In this document: positions 41,628-50,657 of the stretch, piece by piece
Layout of the letters: the number at the start of each line of letters is the position of its first letter
Position numbering within the stretch: position 1 is the first letter of the stretch
Source: Candidatus Latescibacterota bacterium
GTDB taxonomy: Bacteria > Latescibacterota > UBA2968 > UBA8231
Assembly (NCBI GenBank): GCA_965223905.1
Contig: CBDCXV010000001.1
Coordinates: 1,408,001 to 1,472,000 of the forward strand
Length of the DNA stretch: 64,000 nt
Direction: 5' to 3'
Translations under genes and position numbers: made by a program
The notes under the pieces: generated by a model
Seen by the model: the letters and a program-made list of their open reading frames with translations, nothing else
What the model was told of the DNA's origin: nothing
Databases searched by the model: none

Positions 41628-42371
41628 TTATTCCTCTGGACACGGATCGTCCCCGGGGAAGCTGAGTGTGTCCCCGCCGATCCAGGACAGGACCCGCTGG
41701 CGCAGATGCACCTCGACGTCGAGGATCGAGGGCCGCTGCTCGTTGACGCCGCCCATGCGCAGCAGGTAGCAGTCGATCAGGGGGGCGTCGGCCCTGAACC
41801 GGCTTATGGCCTGCATGGTCACCCCGATCCCGCTCGAACAGAGTATCTCCAGCAGATTGCGGATGCGCACTTCCTGCTGGGCCCCGTGGCCCCGGGTTCC
41901 CGGTTCCAGCTCTTCGTAGTGATCCCGGAATTCCGAGGACACTGCCCTGAAGAACAGCAGCAAGAGCACTTGCCGGTCGAAGGGGGTCAGGCGGCAACGC
42001 CTTACGAGGTCGAGGAACGGGACCACCTGCGGATCGCTCGCCTCCAGTCGCGCCTCGGAAACCCCCCCGAAGCGCAGCAACTCATGCTCCGAGGTATCGA
42101 GCCGCTGCCGCAGCTCTTCCGTCGGGATGGCCCCCTCCGGGTCGATGTACAGGCCGGAGCACCAGCGCCGCCGGCTCCGCTGGCGCACGAGGCGCCGCAG
42201 CCCGCCGCATTCCAGCTGCAGAATTGCCTCTTTTAACATCGCGTCGAGAAACTCGGGGTTTGACTTGTAGCCCCGAACCCGGAGAAGGGGTTGCGCCGCC
42301 GCCGTCATCGTCCCGCCCCCAATGAGACCGTGGTCGTCGAGGGTGCGCGGGTCGGGCTTTTTGGTGGGCAT
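41628..42371 (-). CDS. Stand-alone AAA-ATPase N-terminal (winged-helix-like) domain protein without an ATPase domain
   Basis: LTPFDRQVLLL...FRADAPLIDCYLL parallels FAPEDVAILEIL...LATDAPLLRSGLV in the 33030 protein. RBS GGAGGAG precedes the ATG. Confidence 0.6.
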   Translation of the reverse strand: MPTKKPDPRTLDDHGLIGGGTMTAAAQPLLRVRGYKSNPEFLDAMLKEAILQLECGGLRRLVRQRSRRRWCSGLYIDPEGAIPTEELRQRLDTSEHELLRFGGVSEARLEASDPQVVPFLDLVRRCRLTPFDRQVLLLLFFRAVSSEFRDHYEELEPGTRGHGAQQEVRIRNLLEILCSSGIGVTMQAISRFRADAPLIDCYLLRMGGVNEQRPSILDVEVHLRQRVLSWIGGDTLSFPGDDPCPEE

Positions 42372-42435
42372 GTCGCTCCTCCAGGAGAATGGGTTCGCTC
42401 TCGTGCAGCAAAAAGCGAACCTGTTTTCCAGGGGG

Positions 42436-42454
42436 TGCGACGGATCATGTCGCG
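42436..42454 (-). promoter_or_regulatory. Box 4
   Basis: Minus strand CGCGAC-ATGATCC-GTCGCA, ~65 bp upstream of the ATG at 42371. Confidence 0.7.
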
Positions 42455-42609
42455 GGTGGGCGACTTTGGGGGGGGTTCTGCAGGGAGGCATTCGCCCCGA
42501 AGTTCCCGGACTACGGGAGGGTCAGGCCAAGGGGAGGAAGCGAGCTATGTGGGAAAGGTATCCTGAAAGCACCAAGCCAGCGGCTTCGCCGGTGTCGGCC
42601 GGACTGAAG

Positions 42610-43947
42610 TTAAAATTCTTCCTCGGTCTCAGTCCGCCACTCCGGCGCCAAATCCCTGAAAGTCGCGCTCTCGGCGTTCCATTGCAGCTTCACCGAGCCC
42701 AGCGGGCCGTTGCGCTGTTTGGCGATGATGATTTCGGCAGTGCCTTCGAAGCTGTTGTCTTCGTGGTCTTCGATGCCGTGCATATCCGGGTGGTAGATGA
42801 ACATCACCATGTCGGCGTCTCGGTCGCCGCCCGGCTCCCGCAAGTCCGCAAGGCTTGGCCTTTCTTTAGTGCTTTCCAGTTCAGACAGGGCGAGCACTGG
42901 TACGTTCAGCTCCTGGGCAAGGCCCTTGAGGCCCCGGGAGATTTCCTGCTTGCAGGTGTAGGCTTTCGTCTGTCGACCCATCATTTCCAGAGAGTTAACG
43001 ATAGTCAGGCCGATCCCGTGCTCCCGATGCAACCGGCGCGCCTTGGCCCGGATTTCGGTTATTGAAATTCGGGAGGTATCGTCTATATAGACAGGTATTC
43101 CGGCCAGACGTTCTGCGGCGCTCCTCAGGTGAACCAATTGGTCGTCGCGGAGCCGGCCGCTGCAAAGCTTGTGCAGATCCACCTGCGCCTCCGCGCTGAG
43201 CAGTCGCCGGGCAAGCTCCATTCTGGAAGTTCTCGGGCTGAAGATTGCAACCCCGATCCCCGTTTCCACCGCGGCGTTCCGCGCCAGCGCAAGGGCGAGG
43301 GACGTTTTTCCGGCGCCCGAGGCAGCCGCAAGCAGGATAAGGTCTCCTTTTTGTAAGCCGGAGGTTATATGATCGAGCTCGATGAACCCCGTCCCGATCC
43401 CGGAGAGGGAGCCTACCCTGCTGCAGGATTGCTCAATCTGTTTTACGGCGTCGCCGATTTGCGAAGCCAGCGGCTCAAGCCCATCGACGATTTGGTTTTG
43501 GCGGATCCTGTCAAGACCTTGCGCGGCGCTTTCAAGCAGAACATCCAACTCCCTGCTGCCTTCGCGGGCTTGCTCGATGATGTCGCCGGCAGTCTCGATC
43601 ACCTTGCGCCTGAGTGCCTTGTCGAGGATGATCCGCGCGTGGGCGTCAATGTTTGCCGCGGAGGCGAACTCGATAGCCAGCCTGGCCAGGTAGACGGACC
43701 CGCCAGCCTCATGGAACTGATCACGGAGCTTGAGCTCCTCGGACAAGGTGAGCTGATCGATCGCCACCCCGCGCTCGTGTAGTTCTACCAATGCGGCGTA
43801 AATCCATTTGTGCGGGACGTGGAAAAAACAGTCCGGATCGAGGGTTGCGCTGGCGCGGTCGATGGCGCCAGGGTCTAGCATCATTGCCCCCAATACGGCC
43901 TGCTCGATCTCTATCGCCTGGGGCGGAATGTGCTGGTTGTCGGCCAT
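42610..43947 (-). CDS. dnaB: DnaB-like replicative helicase paralogue with degenerate ATPase motifs
   Basis: PPQAIEIEQAVLGAMM N-domain, TGFIELD, LKGLAQELNVPVLALS and IAKQRNGPLG are present. The canonical FSLEM reads FSPRT and IDYLQ reads VNSLE. Confidence 0.85.
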   Translation of the reverse strand: MADNQHIPPQAIEIEQAVLGAMMLDPGAIDRASATLDPDCFFHVPHKWIYAALVELHERGVAIDQLTLSEELKLRDQFHEAGGSVYLARLAIEFASAANIDAHARIILDKALRRKVIETAGDIIEQAREGSRELDVLLESAAQGLDRIRQNQIVDGLEPLASQIGDAVKQIEQSCSRVGSLSGIGTGFIELDHITSGLQKGDLILLAAASGAGKTSLALALARNAAVETGIGVAIFSPRTSRMELARRLLSAEAQVDLHKLCSGRLRDDQLVHLRSAAERLAGIPVYIDDTSRISITEIRAKARRLHREHGIGLTIVNSLEMMGRQTKAYTCKQEISRGLKGLAQELNVPVLALSELESTKERPSLADLREPGGDRDADMVMFIYHPDMHGIEDHEDNSFEGTAEIIIAKQRNGPLGSVKLQWNAESATFRDLAPEWRTETEEEF

Positions 43948-43979
43948 ATGAAATCCCGGGGCATTGGATGTATCCCAGG

Positions 43980-44013
43980 ATTATGGCCCACAGGTGCGAC
44001 AGATTGCGTCGCA
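43980..44013 (-). promoter_or_regulatory. Box 5 plus -10-like hexamer
   Basis: Minus strand TGCGAC-GCAATCT-GTCGCA; TGTCGC-N10-CATAAT, 33 bp before the dnaB-like ATG. Confidence 0.75.
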
Positions 44014-44066
44014 GGCGGAACTTTAACAGATGGGGGGTGCTATTTTTTCAGGAATCCTCATCGGGC

Positions 44067-44101
44067 AAAAAAAGCGGGGAGCGGCCAAAGCCACCCCCCG
44101 C
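44067..44101 (-). terminator. Intrinsic terminator of the TonB receptor gene
   Basis: Minus strand GCGGGGGGTGGC-TTTG-GCCGCTCCCCGC-TTTTTTT. Confidence 0.75.
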
Positions 44102-44123
44102 TCTTCCCGTACCCCCTGCCCCT

Positions 44124-46683
44124 TCAGAACCGGCACCCCAGCTGCGCGAAGACCAGGCGCCCCACCTCCGGGGCGCCGACGAACGCCTGGTAGGCCCCGC
44201 CCAGCACATTGCTGACCTCGACCCGCAGCACCAGGTCCTGCTCCAGGGGCAGCCGCCAGGCCAGGTTGAGACCCAGCACGGTATAAGAATCCACCTCGCC
44301 CACGAACACCCCCGAGCTCATGGAGAAGGCGCCGGTGTAGCGCACCCGGCCGCCAGCCGACAGTCCCCACCTGCCGAAGTCGTAGTTCGCCCCGAGCTTG
44401 GCCTTGTGCCTCGGGGCGTTCAGGGCCACGTCGGCTCCCCCTTCGGAATGCAGGTACTTCAGATTCTCGAAGAAGTTGTTGTCGACGAACGAGTAGTTCC
44501 CCGTGAGCCTCCAGCGATCGTCGGGGTACCAGGCCAGACTCAGGTCCAGCCCGCGGATGGTCACGTCTTCGAAGTTGGGTAGCTCATGGTCATCGCGTAG
44601 GGATCGGAGGCCTGCTCGGGAGAGACGGTGCCGTAGGGGATGGCCGCCGCCCCCGCGGTGAGGATGCCGGCCAGCTCGTCCACCGGGGTGCCGTTGTTGT
44701 TGCCCTGCACCACCCCCGGCACCTGGGCCGCGTCCAGGGCCGCCAGGGCCCCGGCAAGTTGCGCGTTGTCCGGATCGGACAGGGCCTGCCCGATCCCCTC
44801 GCCCAGGGCCGCTCCCAGACTCTGCGGGTCGAGGAAGACATTCGGAGTCTCCACCGAAATCGCCCCGACGAAGTTCTCGATCCTCGACTGGTACAGATCG
44901 GCTGCCACTACCAGCTTGTCGGCCACCACCCCTTTGTAGCCCAGCTCGACAGTCTGAGTTATGGCCGAGTGGATGCGCGGCACGTCGTAGGCGGTTATGG
45001 GGGTAGTGCCGTCCGCCTCCACGAAGAAGAAGGACTGTCGATCCGGATCAGGCTCCTCGCCGAGTGGCTCCGACTCGATGTTCAGCCTGCCCATGACATT
45101 GCGCAGGCCGGGCAGCTGCTCCGGCACGACGCCGGGCAGGGCCTTGGCCAGCTGGGCGGCTGCCCCCTGGGCGTCTTCGGCTCCCATGCCCTGGGCCACC
45201 AGGGCGCCGCCAGCCAGTGCCTGGAAGGCCGGTCCGAGCTGAGCGAGCACCGCCTGCCTGCCGCTCCCCCACATCACGTTGGTGACCAGCGGGTGGTCCA
45301 TGGCCATGTAGCCGTCCGGCCCGATGGGATAACCGGCGTCCCCGGGGGCGAGCCCCAACAGGGAGGCCTGGCCGGCCACCAGTGGGGAGAAGGGAGAGCG
45401 GAAGAGAGGCCGGCCCCCCTCGTCCCGCCGGAAGGTGAAGCCGTAGCCGGTGCTCCTGTAGTTCCCCTGGGTCCAGATATCGATCGGCCTGAACTCTCCC
45501 AGGCCGAGGGCCGAAAAGAGGGGCGTGAAATTCGCGCTCAGCCCGAAGGGATCCCGGGCCGTTTGCAGGTCGAGGTAGAGATTGTTCGAGGTAGGTGTGC
45601 TGAACGCCCGGTTGTAGGTCAGCCGCAGGGTCTGGGTCTCCCTCGGCTTGAACACCAGAGCCGCCCGGGGGGACAGCTCGGGATCCGCGAGGCGGCTGTG
45701 GTAGTCGTAGCGCAGGGCCAGCACCAGGTCGAGCGGATCGCTCAGGGCGGTCTCGCTCTGCACGTAGCCGCCGAACTCGTTGAGGTCGTCCTCCTCCTCG
45801 TTCCCGCCCATGATGGTGCCGTCGGTGTCGGGCCGCGTCATCAGGGCGTCGAAGCCGTAGGTAAAGCGCTGGCGCTGACCCAGGCTGGAGGTGTGCTGCG
45901 CCTGGAACACGTCGAGGGAGGACCTGTCGACGACGGGAATGCCGGTGCGCAGCAGATACGTGCCGCCCGCATCGTTCCAGTTGCGGAAGGCCTGGAAGAA
46001 CCAGTCGCCGTACAGCAGCCGCAGCTGGGTGTAGTTGTACTGTCAGTCTATCGCCTGCGACGCCCCCACCCCGGTCAACCCGACCACGTCCGACTTGCTG
46101 TGCCCCGCCGCCAGTATGGCGGTCAGGTCGTCGGATGCCCGCCAGTCCAGACGCACTTCGGCACTCCGGGTCCTGGAGCCGTAGTCGCGCGGTGCCAGGG
46201 GGGGCAGATCCGCTCCCGCGTCTATCGACGCCTGCCTCAGTTCCCGGGCCTCCTCCTCCTCCGGGTCGGTGTATTCCCACTCCGTCCCCGTGTAGTACTG
46301 GCGGAGACCTTGTAACCCAGCCGGTCCCCCAACGCCCCGGCGTGCCGGAACCCGGTCTGGCGCAGGCTGCGCTCCCCCATCCCGACGTTGACGCTGGTGC
46401 CCTGCGAGGCAAAAGGGGAACGGGTGATGACGTGCATGACCCCGTCGGCGCTGTTGGGTCCGTACAGGGCCGACCCCGGCCCCAGGACCACCTCGATGCG
46501 TTCGACGTCGTCGTTGGTGAGGGGGATGAAATTGAAGGCGTTGACCCGCAGGGAGGGCACCCGTGCTATGCGATTGTCCGTCAGCGTGAGCAGGGTTCCG
46601 GAGAACACGTTGTTGAAACCGCGCACCACCGCGTTGAAACTCTGTTTCAGTTCGGCAGGCGGTGTCGTGATCTTGTCGATCAA
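44124..46683 (-). pseudogene. TonB-dependent receptor, 5'-truncated and disrupted
   Basis: Plug motif VERIEVVLGPGSALYG, barrel strands and terminal F. Frameshifts at ~46305 and ~44578, an in-frame TGA at 46043-46045, and the N-terminus is missing. Confidence 0.85.
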
Positions 46684-46973
46684 ACTGGTTGCGGCTCGTA
46701 GCGCTCGACTTCGATCTCATCCTCTCGCGCCTGGGCCTGCGCGACGTCGTAGGCAGCCTGTAACCTTATCCAGGTCTCAGTGGTAGAGCCGAAAGCCTTC
46801 GCCAACCGGACCGCCATCTCCGCCGACAGGCGAGCGTGACAGTTCACCAGGTTCGAGAGGGCTTGGCGGCTGACTCCGAGGACTTTCGCCCCCTGGGTGA
46901 CGCTGAGACCGAGCGGCTCCAGACAGGACACTCGAACGACCTTCCCGGGATGGGGTGGGTTCTTCATGGGCAT
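46680..46973 (-). CDS. higA: HigA-family antitoxin (HTH)
   Basis: MKNPPHPG, LGVSRQALSNLVN, EMAVRLAKAFG, WIRLQAAYD. Confidence 0.9.
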   Translation of the reverse strand: MPMKNPPHPGKVVRVSCLEPLGLSVTQGAKVLGVSRQALSNLVNCHARLSAEMAVRLAKAFGSTTETWIRLQAAYDVAQAQAREDEIEVERYEPQPV

Positions 46974-46993
46974 GTCGATTACTCCATTTATCC

Positions 46994-47272
46994 TTAGTGG
47001 TAGTCGATCAGTTCGACGTCGTAGACGTTCTCCCCTTCGAACCGGAAAATGATGCGCCAGTTGTTCTTCAAAGTCACCGATCAATAACCCTTCCGGTCTC
47101 CTTTGAGCATGTGCAGCCGATAGTGGGGAAGGCGCATGGCTTCAGGAGAGCTGGCGACATCGAGTTGGGCGAGGATCACTTCCACACGGTCGTGCATATC
47201 CGCACCGATGAGGCTGCGGTCACCACGCTCATACAGGCGCTTGAGCCCACGATGTCGGAAACTCCGAATCAT
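46994..47272 (-). pseudogene. higB: HigB-family toxin with a premature TGA
   Basis: MIRSFRHRGLKRL...LKGDRKGY*SVTLKNNWRIIFRF...DYH; the stop sits at the usual Trp position (47081-47083). Confidence 0.85.
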
Positions 47273-47290
47273 TTATCCGAGGATGTAATG

Positions 47291-47323
47291 TGTCACTTGT
47301 CACTTGTCACTTGTCACTTGTCA
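47291..47323. repeat. 7-bp tandem repeat (TGTCACT)x4.7 in the higBA promoter region
   Basis: TGTCACTTGTCACTTGTCACTTGTCACTTGTCA. Confidence 0.9.
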
Positions 47324-47689
47324 ATAATGGGAACCACACTTTCTTCCAAGCGCAACATGGCCTTGCGCACCTCGCAGGCCTCCCCCGGATTGTTCCTCGG
47401 AGCAGGCGCAATACGGAGACCCTGTCCGCCCGCTTCTGGAACTGACGAATCTCCTGTTTTCGTGCAACCCGAGGTCATCAGCTTCCTTTGCAGGGCATCC
47501 TGCGGTTGCCGTTTTTCACCCCCATCCGAATCGGGTGGAGTACCGGAGGTAGATAGTCATGGCGAACCTCGGAATCGGCTCTCACAGGCTGTCAGGCTGC
47601 TGGCCTGGCTGGATTCCTCGCGGCGGACGCCATCCTTCCTGCGCAGGCGGACAAGTGCCCGCGCCTCCTGCCTGGTTTTCGAGAAGCGT

Positions 47690-48213
47690 CGAGTTGGAAT
47701 TGGGACCGGCGTTTTATTGAGCTGGGAGGCGAGTGAGGACAGCGTCGACTTCTACCGGATTTTCAGGTTGATTGCAATTACGGATCTGGATGGAAAACAA
47801 GAGGAAGCCTGGGTAGGAGGGGGGTTCGTCGATCCCCCGGACTCAACCGGCCAAGGGATCAGGGTCGTAGTCGCCACTCTCGACCACGATTTTCCCATGG
47901 TGTTCGGTGTCGCGGCCGTAATTCGCTCCGAAGACGGCTCGGAAATCCGGTCCGTAATGGTCACCACGGAAGTCCGGCCCAGGGCAACCTTCTTCTACGA
48001 CGCAAACGGCAACGAAGTCTGGGGAGTCATGGTACCCGGGTGGTGGACGACGAGGACGTGGCCGCCTTCCTCGAGCACTTCGGCGCCAGGATCGAGGATT
48101 ACCCGGAGTCGTCCTATGCGCTGGAAGCGGATTTCGACGGCAACGGAATCATCGATCTCCCCGACTTCTTCATCCTCGCCGACAACCATGGACGGAGTTT
48201 TGTCCTGTACTGA
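47690..48213 (+). pseudogene. Remnant of a secreted protein with a dockerin/EF-hand-like tail
   Basis: LSWEASEDSVDFYRIFR; after a frameshift at ~48035, VVDDEDVAAF...ADFDGNGIIDLPDFFILADNHG. The 5' limit is uncertain. Confidence 0.55.
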
Positions 48214-48261
48214 CCGGCCTCTCCCGGCTCGGTCGCAGGTGTTTCCGGGGGACGCAAGAGC

Positions 48262-50490
48262 ATGAAGCTCGTCGGGTACAGCGACCGCTTCAGCGCCGCC
48301 CCGGGGGAGACGGTCCGCTTCATGGTCAGCAGCGAATCCCCCGCCTACCGCGGCGACATCGTCCGCCTGCGCCACCTCGACGAGAACCCCGCGGGCCCGG
48401 GCTTCCGGTTCGATGCCGTCGACTCCGACATCGCCGGCGAGTATCCGGGCCGGCCGCAGCCGATTCGCACCGGCTCGTCGGTGGCAGTGCCCCACGATCC
48501 CTGCCTGAACTGCGAATACGGGTTCACCCTGCACGCCTGGATTTTTCCGACCACTCCGGAAAAGGGGATCCAGGGCCTGCTGACGAAATGGTGCGACCGG
48601 GAGCAGGCCGGCTATGCCCTCGTCATCGACGAGGCCGGCTGCCTGGCACTCTGGCTCGGTTCGGGCAAGGGGGAAGTCGAAAGTATCGGCATCGGCGCCG
48701 GTTTGAGGGCTTCGCGCTGGTACTCGGTGGCCGCTATCTGGGACCCCGCCGCCGGCGAGGCCTGCCTGTACCAGGAGCCGGTCGCCGACTGGCCCCTCGA
48801 CAACCCCTCGGGAGCGGTTGTGGAAACGGTCAGCCCGCGGGCAGTCGGTGCCAACCCCTGCGATTTCCTGATGGCGGCGTACTGGCGGCGGACCTGGGAG
48901 GGCGCCCCTGTCGCCACCGCCCATTTCAACGGCAGGATCGACAGTCCCAGGCTGTTCCGGCGTGCCATGACAGCAGAAGAGATCGATCAGCTCCGGGAAG
49001 GGGTAGAACCTGTCGCCGCAGAGGACCTGGTCGCCAGCTGGGATTTCTCCCTCGACATCTCGTCGTCCCGGGTTACGGACACCTCGCCCCGGGAGCTGCA
49101 CGGGCGCGCCGTCAACCTGCCGATGCGCGCCGCCGCGGGCCGCAACTGGAGCGGCCGCGAGGCGGATTACAGAGCCTTGCCCTCGGAGTACGGGGCCATT
49201 CACTTCCACGACGACGACCTCGAGGATGCCGGGTGGGAGACCGGCTTCGAGTGGCGGATTCCCGAGGGGCTGGCCAGCGGCATCTACGCGGCGCGGCTGA
49301 GGTCCGGCGGGGAGGAGGATTTCGTCCCGTTCGCGGTCAGGCCCGCCCCCGGCAGGCCGCAGTCCCGCATCGCCTTTCTCGCCCCATCGGTCACCTATCT
49401 CGCCTACGCCAACCAGCAGTACAACGACCCGATGCGGGTCGAGCTCGGCCGCCGCGACAGCGGGCAGGCCGGCCCCCGCGACCAGTACATGCGCGACCAC
49501 AACCTGATGAGCCTCTACGACATGCACAGCGACGGCTCCGGGGTCTGCTACTCCTCCCGCCTGCGGCCGATCCTGAACATGAAGCCCGGGTACCGGAACG
49601 CGGCGCTGTCGCTGGCCGCGGGCTGGCCCCACGGGCTGAATGCCGACTTCCACCTGCTCGACTGGATGGACGCCCAGGGGTTCGGGTACGACGTGATCAG
49701 CGACGACGACCTCCACCTCGAAGGAGCGGAGCTGCTGGCGCCGTACCGCGTCGTCGTCACCGGCACCCATCCGGAGTACTGGACCCTGCAGATGCTCGAC
49801 GGCATGCAGTCGTACCAGGCGGATGGGGGACGGCTGATGTACCTCGGCGGCAACGGCCTCTACTGGGTCACCTCTTTCGACCCGGAGCGCCCGCACGTCA
49901 TCGAGGTCAGGCGCTGGGGAGGCACGCGCGCCTGGGAGGCCCTGCCGGGAGAGTACCACCACAGCACCACCGGCGAGCTGGGCGGCCTCTGGCGGCTGCG
50001 CAACCGCGCGCCCCAGAAGACCGTGGGGGTCGGCTTCGTCGCCATGGGCAGCGGCGAGAACCGGCCCTACCGCCGCCGGCCCGGCAGCTTCGACGAGCGC
50101 GCGGCATTCATCTTCGAGGGGGTCGGGGAGGACGAGCTGATCGGAGACTTTCCCTCGCTGGTGTACGGGCACGGCGCCGCCGGCTTCGAGATCGACCGCC
50201 TCGACCACCGCCTCGGGACGCCGAACCACGCCCTACTGCTCGCCTCCTCGTGGGGCCATTCCGACGACTACCAGCTGGCGATCGAAGACCAGAAAGCCTC
50301 CGGGCCGCCTACCGGTGGCAGCGGCAACCCGCTCGTGCGCGCCGACATGGTGTACTACGAGGGTCCCAAGGGCGGGGCGGTCTTCTCCGTCGGCTCGATC
50401 AGCTGGTGCGGCAGCCTTTCCTGGAACGGCTACGACAACAACGTCTCCCGCCTCACCGGCAACGTGCTGCGCAGGTTCGAGGCGGGCTGA
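48262..50490 (+). CDS. N,N-dimethylformamidase large-subunit family protein with a LamG-like domain
   Basis: GYSDRFSAAPGE, AIHFHDDDL, TYLAYAN, SLYDMHSDGSG, HPEYWT, YLGGNG, VRADMVY. Confidence 0.88.
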   Translation: MKLVGYSDRFSAAPGETVRFMVSSESPAYRGDIVRLRHLDENPAGPGFRFDAVDSDIAGEYPGRPQPIRTGSSVAVPHDPCLNCEYGFTLHAWIFPTTPEKGIQGLLTKWCDREQAGYALVIDEAGCLALWLGSGKGEVESIGIGAGLRASRWYSVAAIWDPAAGEACLYQEPVADWPLDNPSGAVVETVSPRAVGANPCDFLMAAYWRRTWEGAPVATAHFNGRIDSPRLFRRAMTAEEIDQLREGVEPVAAEDLVASWDFSLDISSSRVTDTSPRELHGRAVNLPMRAAAGRNWSGREADYRALPSEYGAIHFHDDDLEDAGWETGFEWRIPEGLASGIYAARLRSGGEEDFVPFAVRPAPGRPQSRIAFLAPSVTYLAYANQQYNDPMRVELGRRDSGQAGPRDQYMRDHNLMSLYDMHSDGSGVCYSSRLRPILNMKPGYRNAALSLAAGWPHGLNADFHLLDWMDAQGFGYDVISDDDLHLEGAELLAPYRVVVTGTHPEYWTLQMLDGMQSYQADGGRLMYLGGNGLYWVTSFDPERPHVIEVRRWGGTRAWEALPGEYHHSTTGELGGLWRLRNRAPQKTVGVGFVAMGSGENRPYRRRPGSFDERAAFIFEGVGEDELIGDFPSLVYGHGAAGFEIDRLDHRLGTPNHALLLASSWGHSDDYQLAIEDQKASGPPTGGSGNPLVRADMVYYEGPKGGAVFSVGSISWCGSLSWNGYDNNVSRLTGNVLRRFEAG

Positions 50491-50657
50491 CGGCCGCCCG
50501 GGAGCTGGCAGATAGGGTCGCTTTGCTGGCGTGCCAGTTGCAGCCGGGATATTCCGGCCACGAGATGCCCGGCCGCGTCGGACATGCCCGGGGCGGGCGG
50601 CTCCATCTGCGCCCGGCGGTTATATTTACATGCCGTCACCAAATGGAGAAGCGACTG

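Noticed and set aside
30123-44013. Prophage or integron interpretation of the island
   Set aside because: No integrase, structural genes or attC-like hairpins are visible in the window.
46043-47083. TGA-to-Trp recoding (two in-frame TGA codons at probable Trp positions)
   Set aside because: Many intact genes here end in TGA with ATGA overlaps and use TGG for Trp, so these are better explained as nonsense mutations.
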